A stretch of DNA of 64,000 bases, taken from assembly GCA_965215605.1 (NCBI GenBank), contig OZ244070.1:2272001-2336000 (forward strand). The letters are read 5' to 3'. The DNA is from an uncultured Candidatus Binatia bacterium (GTDB lineage Bacteria; Desulfobacterota; Binatia; UBA9968; JAJDTQ01). Numbering within the stretch: the stretch's first letter is position 1; each line of letters begins with the position of its first letter. Shown in pieces: positions 13,660-21,695 of the stretch. The position numbers and the translations under genes were made by a program. Under the pieces are notes generated by a model, which searched no databases, was not told the DNA's origin, and saw only the letters and a list, made by a program, of their open reading frames with translations.

Positions 13660-14583
13660 ATGGTCGTCCTCCTCACGGGAGGAACGGGCGGCGCCAAGCT
13701 TGTCCTGGGCTTTCACGAGGAGACGGCCCCCGAAGACCTGGTGGTGGTGTGCAACACCGGTGACGACTCGCTGGTGCACGGCCTTCACGTATCCCCCGAC
13801 GTCGACACCATCGTCTACACCCTCGCGGGCCTCATCGACCCGGCCAAGGGGTGGGGCATCCGGAACGACACCTTCACGGTGCTGGACCAGCTCCGGCGCC
13901 TCGGCAACGAGACCTGGTTTCAGCTAGGCGACCGGGATATTGCCACCCATCTGACCCGCACCCGTCTGCTGAGCGAGGGGCAACCGTTGTCGGCCGTCAC
14001 CGCCGCGCTGTGCCGTGAGCTGGGGGTGAGGTCCAACGTGCTGCCCATGTCCGACCAGCGAGTGGAGACCCGGCTCTCGACCACGGGCGGCGAGATCTCT
14101 TTCCAGGAGTATTTCGTCAAGGCGCGCTGGCAGCCCGATGTCCTGAGCCTGCGTTACCGGGGTATTGAGGGTTGCAGCCCGGCGCCCGGCCTGCTGGACG
14201 CCATCCACGGCGCTTCCATGGTGGTGGTGTGCCCCAGCAACCCGGCCACCAGCATCGGCCCGATCCTGGCCGTGCCCGGCGTCCGGGAGGCCCTGCGGGC
14301 AACGGCCGCGCCGGTGGTGGCGGTGAGCCCCATGGTGGGCGGGCGGTCCTTCAGCGGGCCGGCCCACAAGCTCATGGCCACGCTGGGCGTGGAGGCGTCG
14401 GCGGCAGGCCTCGCCGTGGCCTACCGGGACTTCGCGGACGTGCTGGTCATCGACACTGAAGACCGTGACCTGCAACCGGCCGTGGAGAAGCTCGGCATCG
14501 ACGTACGAGCCACTCCCATACGCATGGACACCCTCGACGACAAGAAGCGGCTGGCCCGGGAGCTGCTGCGGCTCGCCGCTTGA
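13660..14583 (+). CDS. cofD: 2-phospho-L-lactate transferase CofD/FbiA
   Basis: GGTGGAK, NTGDD, SPDVDT, LGDRDIATH, FQEYFV and PSNPATSIGPIL motifs. Confidence 0.95.
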   Translation: MVVLLTGGTGGAKLVLGFHEETAPEDLVVVCNTGDDSLVHGLHVSPDVDTIVYTLAGLIDPAKGWGIRNDTFTVLDQLRRLGNETWFQLGDRDIATHLTRTRLLSEGQPLSAVTAALCRELGVRSNVLPMSDQRVETRLSTTGGEISFQEYFVKARWQPDVLSLRYRGIEGCSPAPGLLDAIHGASMVVVCPSNPATSIGPILAVPGVREALRATAAPVVAVSPMVGGRSFSGPAHKLMATLGVEASAAGLAVAYRDFADVLVIDTEDRDLQPAVEKLGIDVRATPIRMDTLDDKKRLARELLRLAA

Positions 14584-14656
14584 GACAACGTTCCCACCCC
14601 CGCCTCCGTCACAAACCTTGGGAGAGGCAGGTTTCAAAATTGCCGGTTCGGGTGCT

Positions 14657-15352
14657 ATGGATTTCTCTTCGATCATGAAGATTGGCGCGCTCATACCGGT
14701 CAAGGGGTTTCACGGGGCCAAGCACCGGCTTTCCTCGCGGCTCAGCCTGCCCGAGCGCTCGGAACTGATGAAGGCCATGGTACACGACGTGCTGGCCGAA
14801 GTGACCCGGGCCCGGGGCATTCACGAAACCTGCGTGGTCACCGGCTCCGCCGAGGTGGCGGATTGGGTCTCGGGCATGAGCGTGGATGTCATCCGGGAAG
14901 CCGAAGAGACAGGTGAGACCGATGCGGTTCACTTCGCCCTCGACGTGATGAAAAAGGCGGGCATGGACGCCGCACTGGTGCTGCCAGGGGATATTCCGCT
15001 CTTGCGCGCCGAGGACGTGGAGTCCGTGCTCCGGGCCGTGCCCGCCGATCCCGACAAACCCTTCGCCGTGCTCACGCCTTCCCACGACCGCATGGGCACC
15101 AACGCGCTGCTGCTGGCGCCGCCGGACGTCCTCCGGCTCCGCTTCGGCCACGACAGCTTCCGCTATCACCTGAACGAGGCGGCCGCCCGCGGAGTCCGGG
15201 TCAACGTGATCGAGAATTCGCGGATTGCGCTCGACATCGACGAGCCCGCCGATCTTCAGCAACTCATCCCACGGCTGGAGGGCGGACGCACCCGTGATCG
15301 CCTCGCCGACATGAGGGACAACGGCAGCAGCTTCTTCGCCCAAGCGGGTTGA
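14657..15352 (+). CDS. cofC: Guanylyltransferase CofC/FbiD
   Basis: IPVK..AKHRL, GDIP, GTNAL, FGHDSF..H and LDIDEPADL motifs. Start is 14657 or 14675. Confidence 0.92.
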   Translation: MDFSSIMKIGALIPVKGFHGAKHRLSSRLSLPERSELMKAMVHDVLAEVTRARGIHETCVVTGSAEVADWVSGMSVDVIREAEETGETDAVHFALDVMKKAGMDAALVLPGDIPLLRAEDVESVLRAVPADPDKPFAVLTPSHDRMGTNALLLAPPDVLRLRFGHDSFRYHLNEAAARGVRVNVIENSRIALDIDEPADLQQLIPRLEGGRTRDRLADMRDNGSSFFAQAG

Positions 15353-15358
15353 CCCCTC

Positions 15359-16120
15359 ATGCGGCGCCTTGAGATCATTGCCGTGGAGGGGCTCGGCGAG
15401 ATCGGGCCCGGCGATCCGCTGGGGCGGCTGGCGGTGGAGGCGTGCGAGCGCCAGGGGGCGCCGTTGCGGGACGGCGACGTGCTGGTGTTGGCGCAGAAGA
15501 TCGTGTCCAAGTCCGAGGGCCGCACCGTGGACCTGGGCGGCGTCACCCCGTCGGCGGAAGCCGCGCGGCTCTCGGCCGAGCTCGACGGCAAGGACCCCCG
15601 CCTGCTGGAGCTCATCCTGCGGCAAAGTCGCCGCATCGTGGCCAAGGGACGCAGCACCATCGTCGTCGAGACCCATCACGGCTTCGTGTGCGCCAACGCC
15701 GGCATCGACCTTTCGAACATCGGTACGGGCCGTGCGCTGCTGCTGCCGGAAGACCCGGACGGTTCCGCCCGGCGCATCCGGGACGAGGCGCAGCGCCTCA
15801 CGCGGACGGCGCTGGGCGTGGTCATCACCGACACCTTCGGACGTCCCTGGCGCCTGGGCACCACCGACGTCGCCATCGGCGTGGCCGGTTTCGGTCCCTT
15901 GATCGACTACCGCGGACAGATGGATCCCTACGGCTACGAGCTCAAGGCGTCGGTCACGGCGGTGGCTGACCAGATCGCCGGTGCGGCGGAGCTGGTCATG
16001 GGGAAGACGAGCCACCTGCCCGCCGCCATCGTCCGCGGCTGCGAGTTGCCGCGACACGACGGCACGGCCCAAGAGTTGATCCGACCGGCGGCGGACGACC
16101 TGTTCCGCGACGGCCGGTAA
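15359..16120 (+). CDS. cofE: F420-0:gamma-glutamyl ligase CofE (no nitroreductase fusion)
   Basis: QKIVSKSEGR, CANAGIDLSN, LLPEDPDGSA, DTFGRPWR and DLFR motifs. Confidence 0.95.
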   Translation: MRRLEIIAVEGLGEIGPGDPLGRLAVEACERQGAPLRDGDVLVLAQKIVSKSEGRTVDLGGVTPSAEAARLSAELDGKDPRLLELILRQSRRIVAKGRSTIVVETHHGFVCANAGIDLSNIGTGRALLLPEDPDGSARRIRDEAQRLTRTALGVVITDTFGRPWRLGTTDVAIGVAGFGPLIDYRGQMDPYGYELKASVTAVADQIAGAAELVMGKTSHLPAAIVRGCELPRHDGTAQELIRPAADDLFRDGR

Positions 16121-16123
16121 CCC

Positions 16124-16193
16124 GCCCTTCGACAAGCTCGGCACAATCCTTCGACCTCGCTTCACTACCCCTGTCCCGAGCCTGGCGAAGGGC
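16124..16193. repeat. Intergenic inverted-repeat (REP/MITE-like) element
   Basis: GCCCTTCGACAAGCTCGGCACA ... TGTCCCGAGCCTGGCGAAGGGC; the arms match at 19 of 22 positions. Confidence 0.6.
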
Positions 16194-16223
16194 CTGATTT
16201 GTGGCACCCGACGCGAACATGCT

Positions 16224-16886
16224 ATGAGCCTTCCCATGCAAGACTCCATTTCAATCGCAATCGTGGGAGGGACCGGAAGTCTGGGAATGGGCCTGGCGGG
16301 ACGCTTGGCGCGGCCCGGCGTACGGGTGCTTATCGGCTCGCGGGACGCGCAGCGCGGCGCGGACGCGGCCAAGGATCTGAACGAGAGGCTGGGTACGGAC
16401 TTCGTGGAAGGCATGCTCAACGCCGACGCGGTCCGGGAAGCCGAGCTGGCCGTCATCTCGGTCCCCTATGAAGGCCAGGAGAAGATGGTGAGCGACCTGG
16501 CGGAAGAGCTTCGGGGCAAGATCGTCATCGACGCGGTGGTGCCGTTGCTCAAGGGCAGGCCGTTCGTGCCCGAGGCCGGCTCGGCGCTGCTGGAGGCGCA
16601 GAAGATCCTGGGCGACGGCACCCCGGTCATCGGCGCCCTGCACAACATCTCGGCCCTGGACTTGGGCGCCCCGGACGAACCCCTGGGCGACGTCCTGGTC
16701 TGCGGCGACAGCAGGGAAGCCAAGAATCGCGTCATCGAGTTGCTGGAACGCATCGGCGCCACCGGCCTGGACGCCGGCCCGGCGGCCAACGCCTACGTGG
16801 TGGAAGGGCTGACCGGCGTGCTGATCGCCCTCAACCGCCGCTACAAATCGAAACACGCCAGCGTGAAGATCACGGGAATCCATTAG
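16224..16886 (+). CDS. npdG: NADPH-dependent F420 reductase
   Basis: GGTGSLGMGLA, IGSR, GALHNISA, DVLVCGD and DAGPAANA motifs; located in the F420 operon. Confidence 0.9.
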   Translation: MSLPMQDSISIAIVGGTGSLGMGLAGRLARPGVRVLIGSRDAQRGADAAKDLNERLGTDFVEGMLNADAVREAELAVISVPYEGQEKMVSDLAEELRGKIVIDAVVPLLKGRPFVPEAGSALLEAQKILGDGTPVIGALHNISALDLGAPDEPLGDVLVCGDSREAKNRVIELLERIGATGLDAGPAANAYVVEGLTGVLIALNRRYKSKHASVKITGIH

Positions 16887-16908
16887 AACCGGATTCAGGA
16901 GGGGTGCC

Positions 16909-17976
16909 ATGAGCCTGCCTGTCATCGATGCCGACGGTCACGTGATCGAGGACGAGTCCATCGTCGATTACATCGAGGAACCCTACCGCAGCCAGGCGAG
17001 CAAGCGGATCCTGACGCGGGTCTTCCCCTCTCTGGACCATCATCACCTGGGGCTCAAGTACCTGAGCGAGGGCGCCTTCGGCGGCGGCAAACCCGTAACC
17101 CCGGCGGACTGGCGGTCGTTCGTGGAGGAGGCCGGGTTCGAGTGCAGCGTGCTGTACCCCACCTGGGGTCTCGCCATGGGCAACATCAGCATGCCGGACT
17201 GGGCATGCGCGGTGGCCCACGCCTACAACAGTTGGCTCTACGACCAGTATCTGAAGGACAACCCGCGGCTCAAGGGCATGGCGCTGATCCCCATGCAGGA
17301 TCCGCAGGAGGCGGTGAGGGAGCTGCGCCGGGCGGTGACGGAGTTGGGCATGCTTGGGGCCATGCTGCCCTCGCGCGGCCTGCCCATGGACCTGGGACAC
17401 AAGACCTACTGGCCCGTCTACGAGGAGGCGGAACGGCTGGGCTGCGGGCTGGCCGTCCACGGCGGGTGCCACCATGGCATGGGTCTCGACACCTTCGAGG
17501 CGTTCGTCCCCATCGCCGGGCTGGGCCACCCCTTCAGCCTGATGATCGCATTCTCCGGCATGGTCTACCACGGCGTGTTCGACCGCTTCCCGAACCTGCG
17601 GGTGGCGTTTCTGGAAGGGGGCGCCGGGTGGCTGACCTTCTGGATGGACCGCATGGACCGGTGCCACGAGTATTTCGGCGAGTGGAACTCCCACGGCAAC
17701 TACCACGGGCCCGATCCGGAGCATCTGCCCAGCCAGTACGGGCTCCTGGACAACGTGTTCGTGGGTTGCGAGGGTGGGGAGAACGGTCTCGACTACCAGG
17801 TCCAACGGGCCGGCAACGGGCGGTTCCTCTTCGCCAGCGACTTTCCGCACGAGATCGGCCCCGGCGACATCGGCCACGAGATCGCCGAGGTGGCGGAGAA
17901 CCCGACGCTCAGCGACGAGGCCAAGGCCGCGATCCTGGCGGACAACGCCCGCCGCTTCTACCGGCTGGGACAGTAG
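16909..17976 (+). CDS. Amidohydrolase family protein (Amidohydro_2)
   Basis: IDADGHVIE, AFLEGGAGW, FASDFPH and ILADNARRFY motifs. Confidence 0.88.
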   Translation: MSLPVIDADGHVIEDESIVDYIEEPYRSQASKRILTRVFPSLDHHHLGLKYLSEGAFGGGKPVTPADWRSFVEEAGFECSVLYPTWGLAMGNISMPDWACAVAHAYNSWLYDQYLKDNPRLKGMALIPMQDPQEAVRELRRAVTELGMLGAMLPSRGLPMDLGHKTYWPVYEEAERLGCGLAVHGGCHHGMGLDTFEAFVPIAGLGHPFSLMIAFSGMVYHGVFDRFPNLRVAFLEGGAGWLTFWMDRMDRCHEYFGEWNSHGNYHGPDPEHLPSQYGLLDNVFVGCEGGENGLDYQVQRAGNGRFLFASDFPHEIGPGDIGHEIAEVAENPTLSDEAKAAILADNARRFYRLGQ

Positions 17977-18015
17977 CCGAAACGGCGCGGCGCGCCTTCA
18001 CGGCCTTGATCAAGG

Positions 18016-18648
18016 TCACTTCTTCCCGGCCGTGTCGGCGGCCGCATCGTCCAGGGCGTTGCCGCGCTGATACGCCTCGCGTCCGCTGAGCCTTGACCAG
18101 TACGTCTCGAAGGCCGGACGTTTCTCGATCATGTCGTATTGCATGCCCCAACCGATGTGCGACCCGACGTAGACGTCGGCGGCGGAGAAGGTTCCCCCGG
18201 CGACGTAGCCTCCGCCCTCCACGGCTTTCTCCAGGGTGTCCATCACCGTGGCGAAGTTGCCGTAGCCGACCATCGATTCCTTGTCCCGCGGCACGGCAAG
18301 GCCGAACGTGCGGTTGGTGACGGCCGCCTCCAGCGGACCGGCGGCGAAGAACAGCCAGCGGTAGTAGGCGCCGCGCTGCCCGCTTGGGGGCGCCAGCCCA
18401 GCGCTGGGGAAGGCATCGGCGAGGTAGGCGCAGATGGCCGCGCATTCGGTGATGACCGTGTCGCCGTGGCGGATCGCCGGCACCTTTCCCATGGGGTTGA
18501 TGGCCAGGTACTCCGGCGACTTCATCATCGGGCCGTACTCCACCACTTCGGTGCGGTAGGGGATCCCCAACTCCTCCAGCATCCAGCGCACGACGCGTCC
18601 GCGCGACATCGGGTTGGTGTAGAAAACCAGTTCCGCCGTCACCGTCAT
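18016..18648 (-). CDS. Glutathione S-transferase family protein
   Basis: YTNPMSRGR, INPMGKVPAI, TECAAICAYLAD and FSAADVY motifs. Start trimmed to MTVTAEL. Confidence 0.92.
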   Translation of the reverse strand: MTVTAELVFYTNPMSRGRVVRWMLEELGIPYRTEVVEYGPMMKSPEYLAINPMGKVPAIRHGDTVITECAAICAYLADAFPSAGLAPPSGQRGAYYRWLFFAAGPLEAAVTNRTFGLAVPRDKESMVGYGNFATVMDTLEKAVEGGGYVAGGTFSAADVYVGSHIGWGMQYDMIEKRPAFETYWSRLSGREAYQRGNALDDAAADTAGKK

Positions 18649-18679
18649 TCTCCTTTCAGTCCGAAAGCCATTCGCGGCT

Positions 18680-20248
18680 TCAGGCGTCCCCCGCCGGCAT
18701 GTACTTCCCCTCTTCGTCCAGCGTGATCTGCTTGCGTTCGTTGAGGCGTCCCACCAGCGCCATGACGGTGGCGAACCCTTCGTCCGGGAAGGCGTCGAGC
18801 AGCTCGCTGAAGGTGAGCCTCTTCTCGCCCAGCATTTCCAGGGTTCGTTCCGCCAGCCGCTCGATGGCGTCGTCGCCGGCAGTCGCCGGCCGGGGCGCGG
18901 CCGGCGACTCGCCCAGGTAGTCGTCCAGCGCGGCCTTGCCCTGGTTGTGGTAGACGATGCGGTTGTAGCGGTAGCGCGGCACGTTCTCGGGGATGGTGGC
19001 GTCGATGCCCATCTTGGCCGTGGTGGGGACGCCGTTGGCGCTGGGCGGGATGGACGGATCCAGCGGCTTCGAGCGGGCATTGGACAGGATCACCGTGTCC
19101 CGGTCCGCCTGCACGCGGGTGGCGATGGCCCACTCCACCTCCACCGGGTCGAAGATGTCGATGTCGTCGTCGGTCACCACCACGTACTTGATGTCGGCGA
19201 TGGACAGCAGCGCGGCGATGGCGTTCTTGCCGTCGCCGGGGCTCTTCTTGATGGAGGCCACGATGTGCCAGTGGCAGCAGCCTCCCGGCGTCACGTTGAT
19301 GGCGGTGACCTGAACGCCGGTCTCGGCCATCACGCGCCAAGCCGCCGCTTCGTAGATGGGCGCGCTCATCCACAGGTTCTCCCAGGGCATGTGCAGCGCG
19401 TAGTAGATGGGGTCGCGCCGGTGCAGCACGGACTTGATGTGGACGTTGGGGTTTCGGTGGGTGCCCCCCACCAGGCGCGAAAACTCGCCGAAGGGCCCCT
19501 CGGGATGCACCCAGCCCTCGGGAGGGATCTCGCCCTCCAGGACGATCTCCGAGCCGGCGATGAACGGCACCGGCCCGGCCACTCCGGGCGTCAGCTCCAC
19601 CGGGCGCCCGCCGAGGCCGCCGGCGAAGCCCAGCTCGTTGGTGCCCAGGGACGCCTTGAAGAGCGCCCCCATCAGCTCCCGCGGATGCACGCCGATGGAA
19701 ATGGAGATGGGCAGCGGGCGGTTCTCCGCCAGCGCCCGCCTGGTGAAGTTGTGGAGGTTGTTGGGCGTGACGATGTCGATGCCGGTGACGTTGCGCTCCT
19801 TGAGCATCAGGCGGTAGCAGCCGGCGTTCATGCCGTACTCCGGGTCCTCGGAGATGACCACCGCGGCGGTGATCATGGGCGCGCCGTCCAGGGTGGAGAA
19901 GATCGGCACCGGCAGCTTGAACAGGTCCACGTCGCCGTCCAGTTGCGTGAACTCCTTGACCGGAGCGTCCTCCACCATGACCGGGTCGATGGAGTTGGAC
20001 ATGGCCCACTGGAAGCGCTTGTGGATCTCGGGGTAGGGGGCGTCCAGGGCGAGGCCCAGGCGCTCCCGCTTCTGCAGCAGCCCGCAGGCCACCGGGATGG
20101 AGTAGCCCACGGGATTCTCGAACAGCAGCGCCCGGTCGCTCTGGTCCGTGAGCGCCGCCACGTCCCTCAGATCCACCGGCTTGCGTATGTCCAGCAGCTC
20201 GTCGTTGGCCCGCAAAAGCTCGATGTATTCCCGAAAGGTCCCGTTCAT
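18680..20248 (-). CDS. UbiD-family (prFMN) decarboxylase with a C-terminal extension
   Basis: NAGCYRL, EIVLEGEI, EGPFGEF, DDDIDIFD, EWAIATR, LDPS and KMGIDAT motifs. Confidence 0.92.
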   Translation of the reverse strand: MNGTFREYIELLRANDELLDIRKPVDLRDVAALTDQSDRALLFENPVGYSIPVACGLLQKRERLGLALDAPYPEIHKRFQWAMSNSIDPVMVEDAPVKEFTQLDGDVDLFKLPVPIFSTLDGAPMITAAVVISEDPEYGMNAGCYRLMLKERNVTGIDIVTPNNLHNFTRRALAENRPLPISISIGVHPRELMGALFKASLGTNELGFAGGLGGRPVELTPGVAGPVPFIAGSEIVLEGEIPPEGWVHPEGPFGEFSRLVGGTHRNPNVHIKSVLHRRDPIYYALHMPWENLWMSAPIYEAAAWRVMAETGVQVTAINVTPGGCCHWHIVASIKKSPGDGKNAIAALLSIADIKYVVVTDDDIDIFDPVEVEWAIATRVQADRDTVILSNARSKPLDPSIPPSANGVPTTAKMGIDATIPENVPRYRYNRIVYHNQGKAALDDYLGESPAAPRPATAGDDAIERLAERTLEMLGEKRLTFSELLDAFPDEGFATVMALVGRLNERKQITLDEEGKYMPAGDA

Positions 20249-20374
20249 GGCTTTTCACCTCCAGACCGGCAACATAGCCAAGAGGTCAGGCCGCATCAAC
20301 CGGGCCGCCGCCCCGCCCGTTTGATTGACACCCGCGGGTCAACGAGGAATAGTGGACTCCATGTGGAGGCGGTC

Positions 20375-20623
20375 GTGATCGATCGACAATTACTCGGCAT
20401 CCTGGCCTGCCCCGAGACTCGGGAGGCGGTGTCGTTGGCCGACGAGGTCCTCGTGGCGAGCCTCAACCGGAAGATCGAAGCCGGGGATCTGGTCAACCGC
20501 GCGGGCGAGAAGGTCACTGAGCCCATCGACGGCGGGCTCGTCCGCGAGGACGGCCGGTACCTCTACGCCATCCGCGACGGCATCCCCGTCATGCTCGTGG
20601 AGCAGGGGATACCACTGGAATGA
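20375..20623 (+). CDS. Trm112-family small protein
   Basis: GTG start after GGAGG; MIDRQLLGILACPETR...YAIRDGIPVMLVEQGIPL. Confidence 0.85.
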   Translation: MIDRQLLGILACPETREAVSLADEVLVASLNRKIEAGDLVNRAGEKVTEPIDGGLVREDGRYLYAIRDGIPVMLVEQGIPLE

Positions 20624-20695
20624 ACCGCCGGCGGCGTTCGTCAACACGCCGACCTTGACCTCTTTCCCCCCATGGGCTAGTCAATTCTTCTCCGT

Positions 20696-20782
20696 GCCGG
20701 AGTGGTGGAATTGGTAGACGCGCTGGACTCAAAATCCAGTAGGGGCAACCCTGTGGGGGTTCGAGTCCCCCCTCCGGCACCA
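20696..20782 (+). tRNA. tRNA-Leu (CAA)
   Basis: GCCGGAGTGGTGGAATTGGTAGACGCG-CTGGA CTCAAAA TCCAG-long variable arm-GTTCGAGTCCCCCCTCCGGCACCA; 87 nt. Confidence 0.97.
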
Positions 20783-20994
20783 TGCATCACCTCCGGCACC
20801 TACGGCCGATAATGAACGCCGGATTTCTCAGGCTCACGCAGTTGACAAGTTGATCTCATGTCGGCGTCGAGGATTGCCAGGCCAAGGCCCCGGTTGGAGA
20901 CCGCAAGTGTTCATGGGCTTCGCTCTCACGGCCTTGTGCTTCGACACGGAATATGCGATTTGCTCACTTGAACCACGCTTCCACGGAGGTATTC

Positions 20995-21633
20995 ATGAGC
21001 ATCCAGTTGTACTACGCGCCCGTCACCTGCGCGATGGCGCCCTACATCACCCTGACCGAGGCCGGCGCGGACTTCGAGGTCAAGGCCCTGAACTTCCGGG
21101 CGGGACAGAACCGCACCGCGGAGTACATGAAGCTTAACCCCAAGCACAAGGTGCCGTTGCTGGTGGTGGACGGGAAGACGCTGACCGAGAACGTCGGCAT
21201 CCAGCTCTGGATCGCGCGCCGCTTTCCGGAGGCCCGGCTGCTGCCGCCGGATCCCTGGGACGAGGTCAAGGCGGTGTCGATGATGTCCTGGTGCGCGTCG
21301 GGCATCCATCCGTACCTCAGCCGCATCAATTCGCCGGCCAAGGTGTGTGACGTGGCGGAGACGGAGGAGAGCGTATCCCGCCTGGCGCGCGAATTTCTCG
21401 ACGAGGTATACGGCATCGCCGAGGACCTGCTGGAGGGGCGCGAGTACTTCTTCGACCACTTTACCGCGCCGGATGCACACTTCTTCTGGTGCGTGCGCCG
21501 CAGCACCCAGTTCGACGTCGACCTGGAGCCCTACCCCAACACCCGGGCCCATTTCGAACGCATGCAGACCCGCCCCAGCGTGCAGAAGCTGCTGGCGTTC
21601 GAGAAGGAAACACAGGCGTCGTTCGCGGCGTAG
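20995..21633 (+). CDS. Glutathione S-transferase family protein
   Basis: LYYAP, LNPKHKVPLL, LTENVGI and RPSVQK motifs; GGAGG Shine-Dalgarno before the ATG at 20995. Confidence 0.9.
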   Translation: MSIQLYYAPVTCAMAPYITLTEAGADFEVKALNFRAGQNRTAEYMKLNPKHKVPLLVVDGKTLTENVGIQLWIARRFPEARLLPPDPWDEVKAVSMMSWCASGIHPYLSRINSPAKVCDVAETEESVSRLAREFLDEVYGIAEDLLEGREYFFDHFTAPDAHFFWCVRRSTQFDVDLEPYPNTRAHFERMQTRPSVQKLLAFEKETQASFAA

Positions 21634-21695
21634 GGGGGCGGGGGAGGCACGTCTCGGCGCGATTGGACACGGCCAAGGTTGAAACCCGCCCCTAC
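21630..21695. repeat. Degenerate GTAG-type REP pair between convergent genes
   Basis: GTAGGGGGGCGGG ... GGTTGAAACCCGCCCCTAC. Related pieces at 63069-63093, 14620-14638, 4225-4251 and 32290-32305. Confidence 0.55.
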
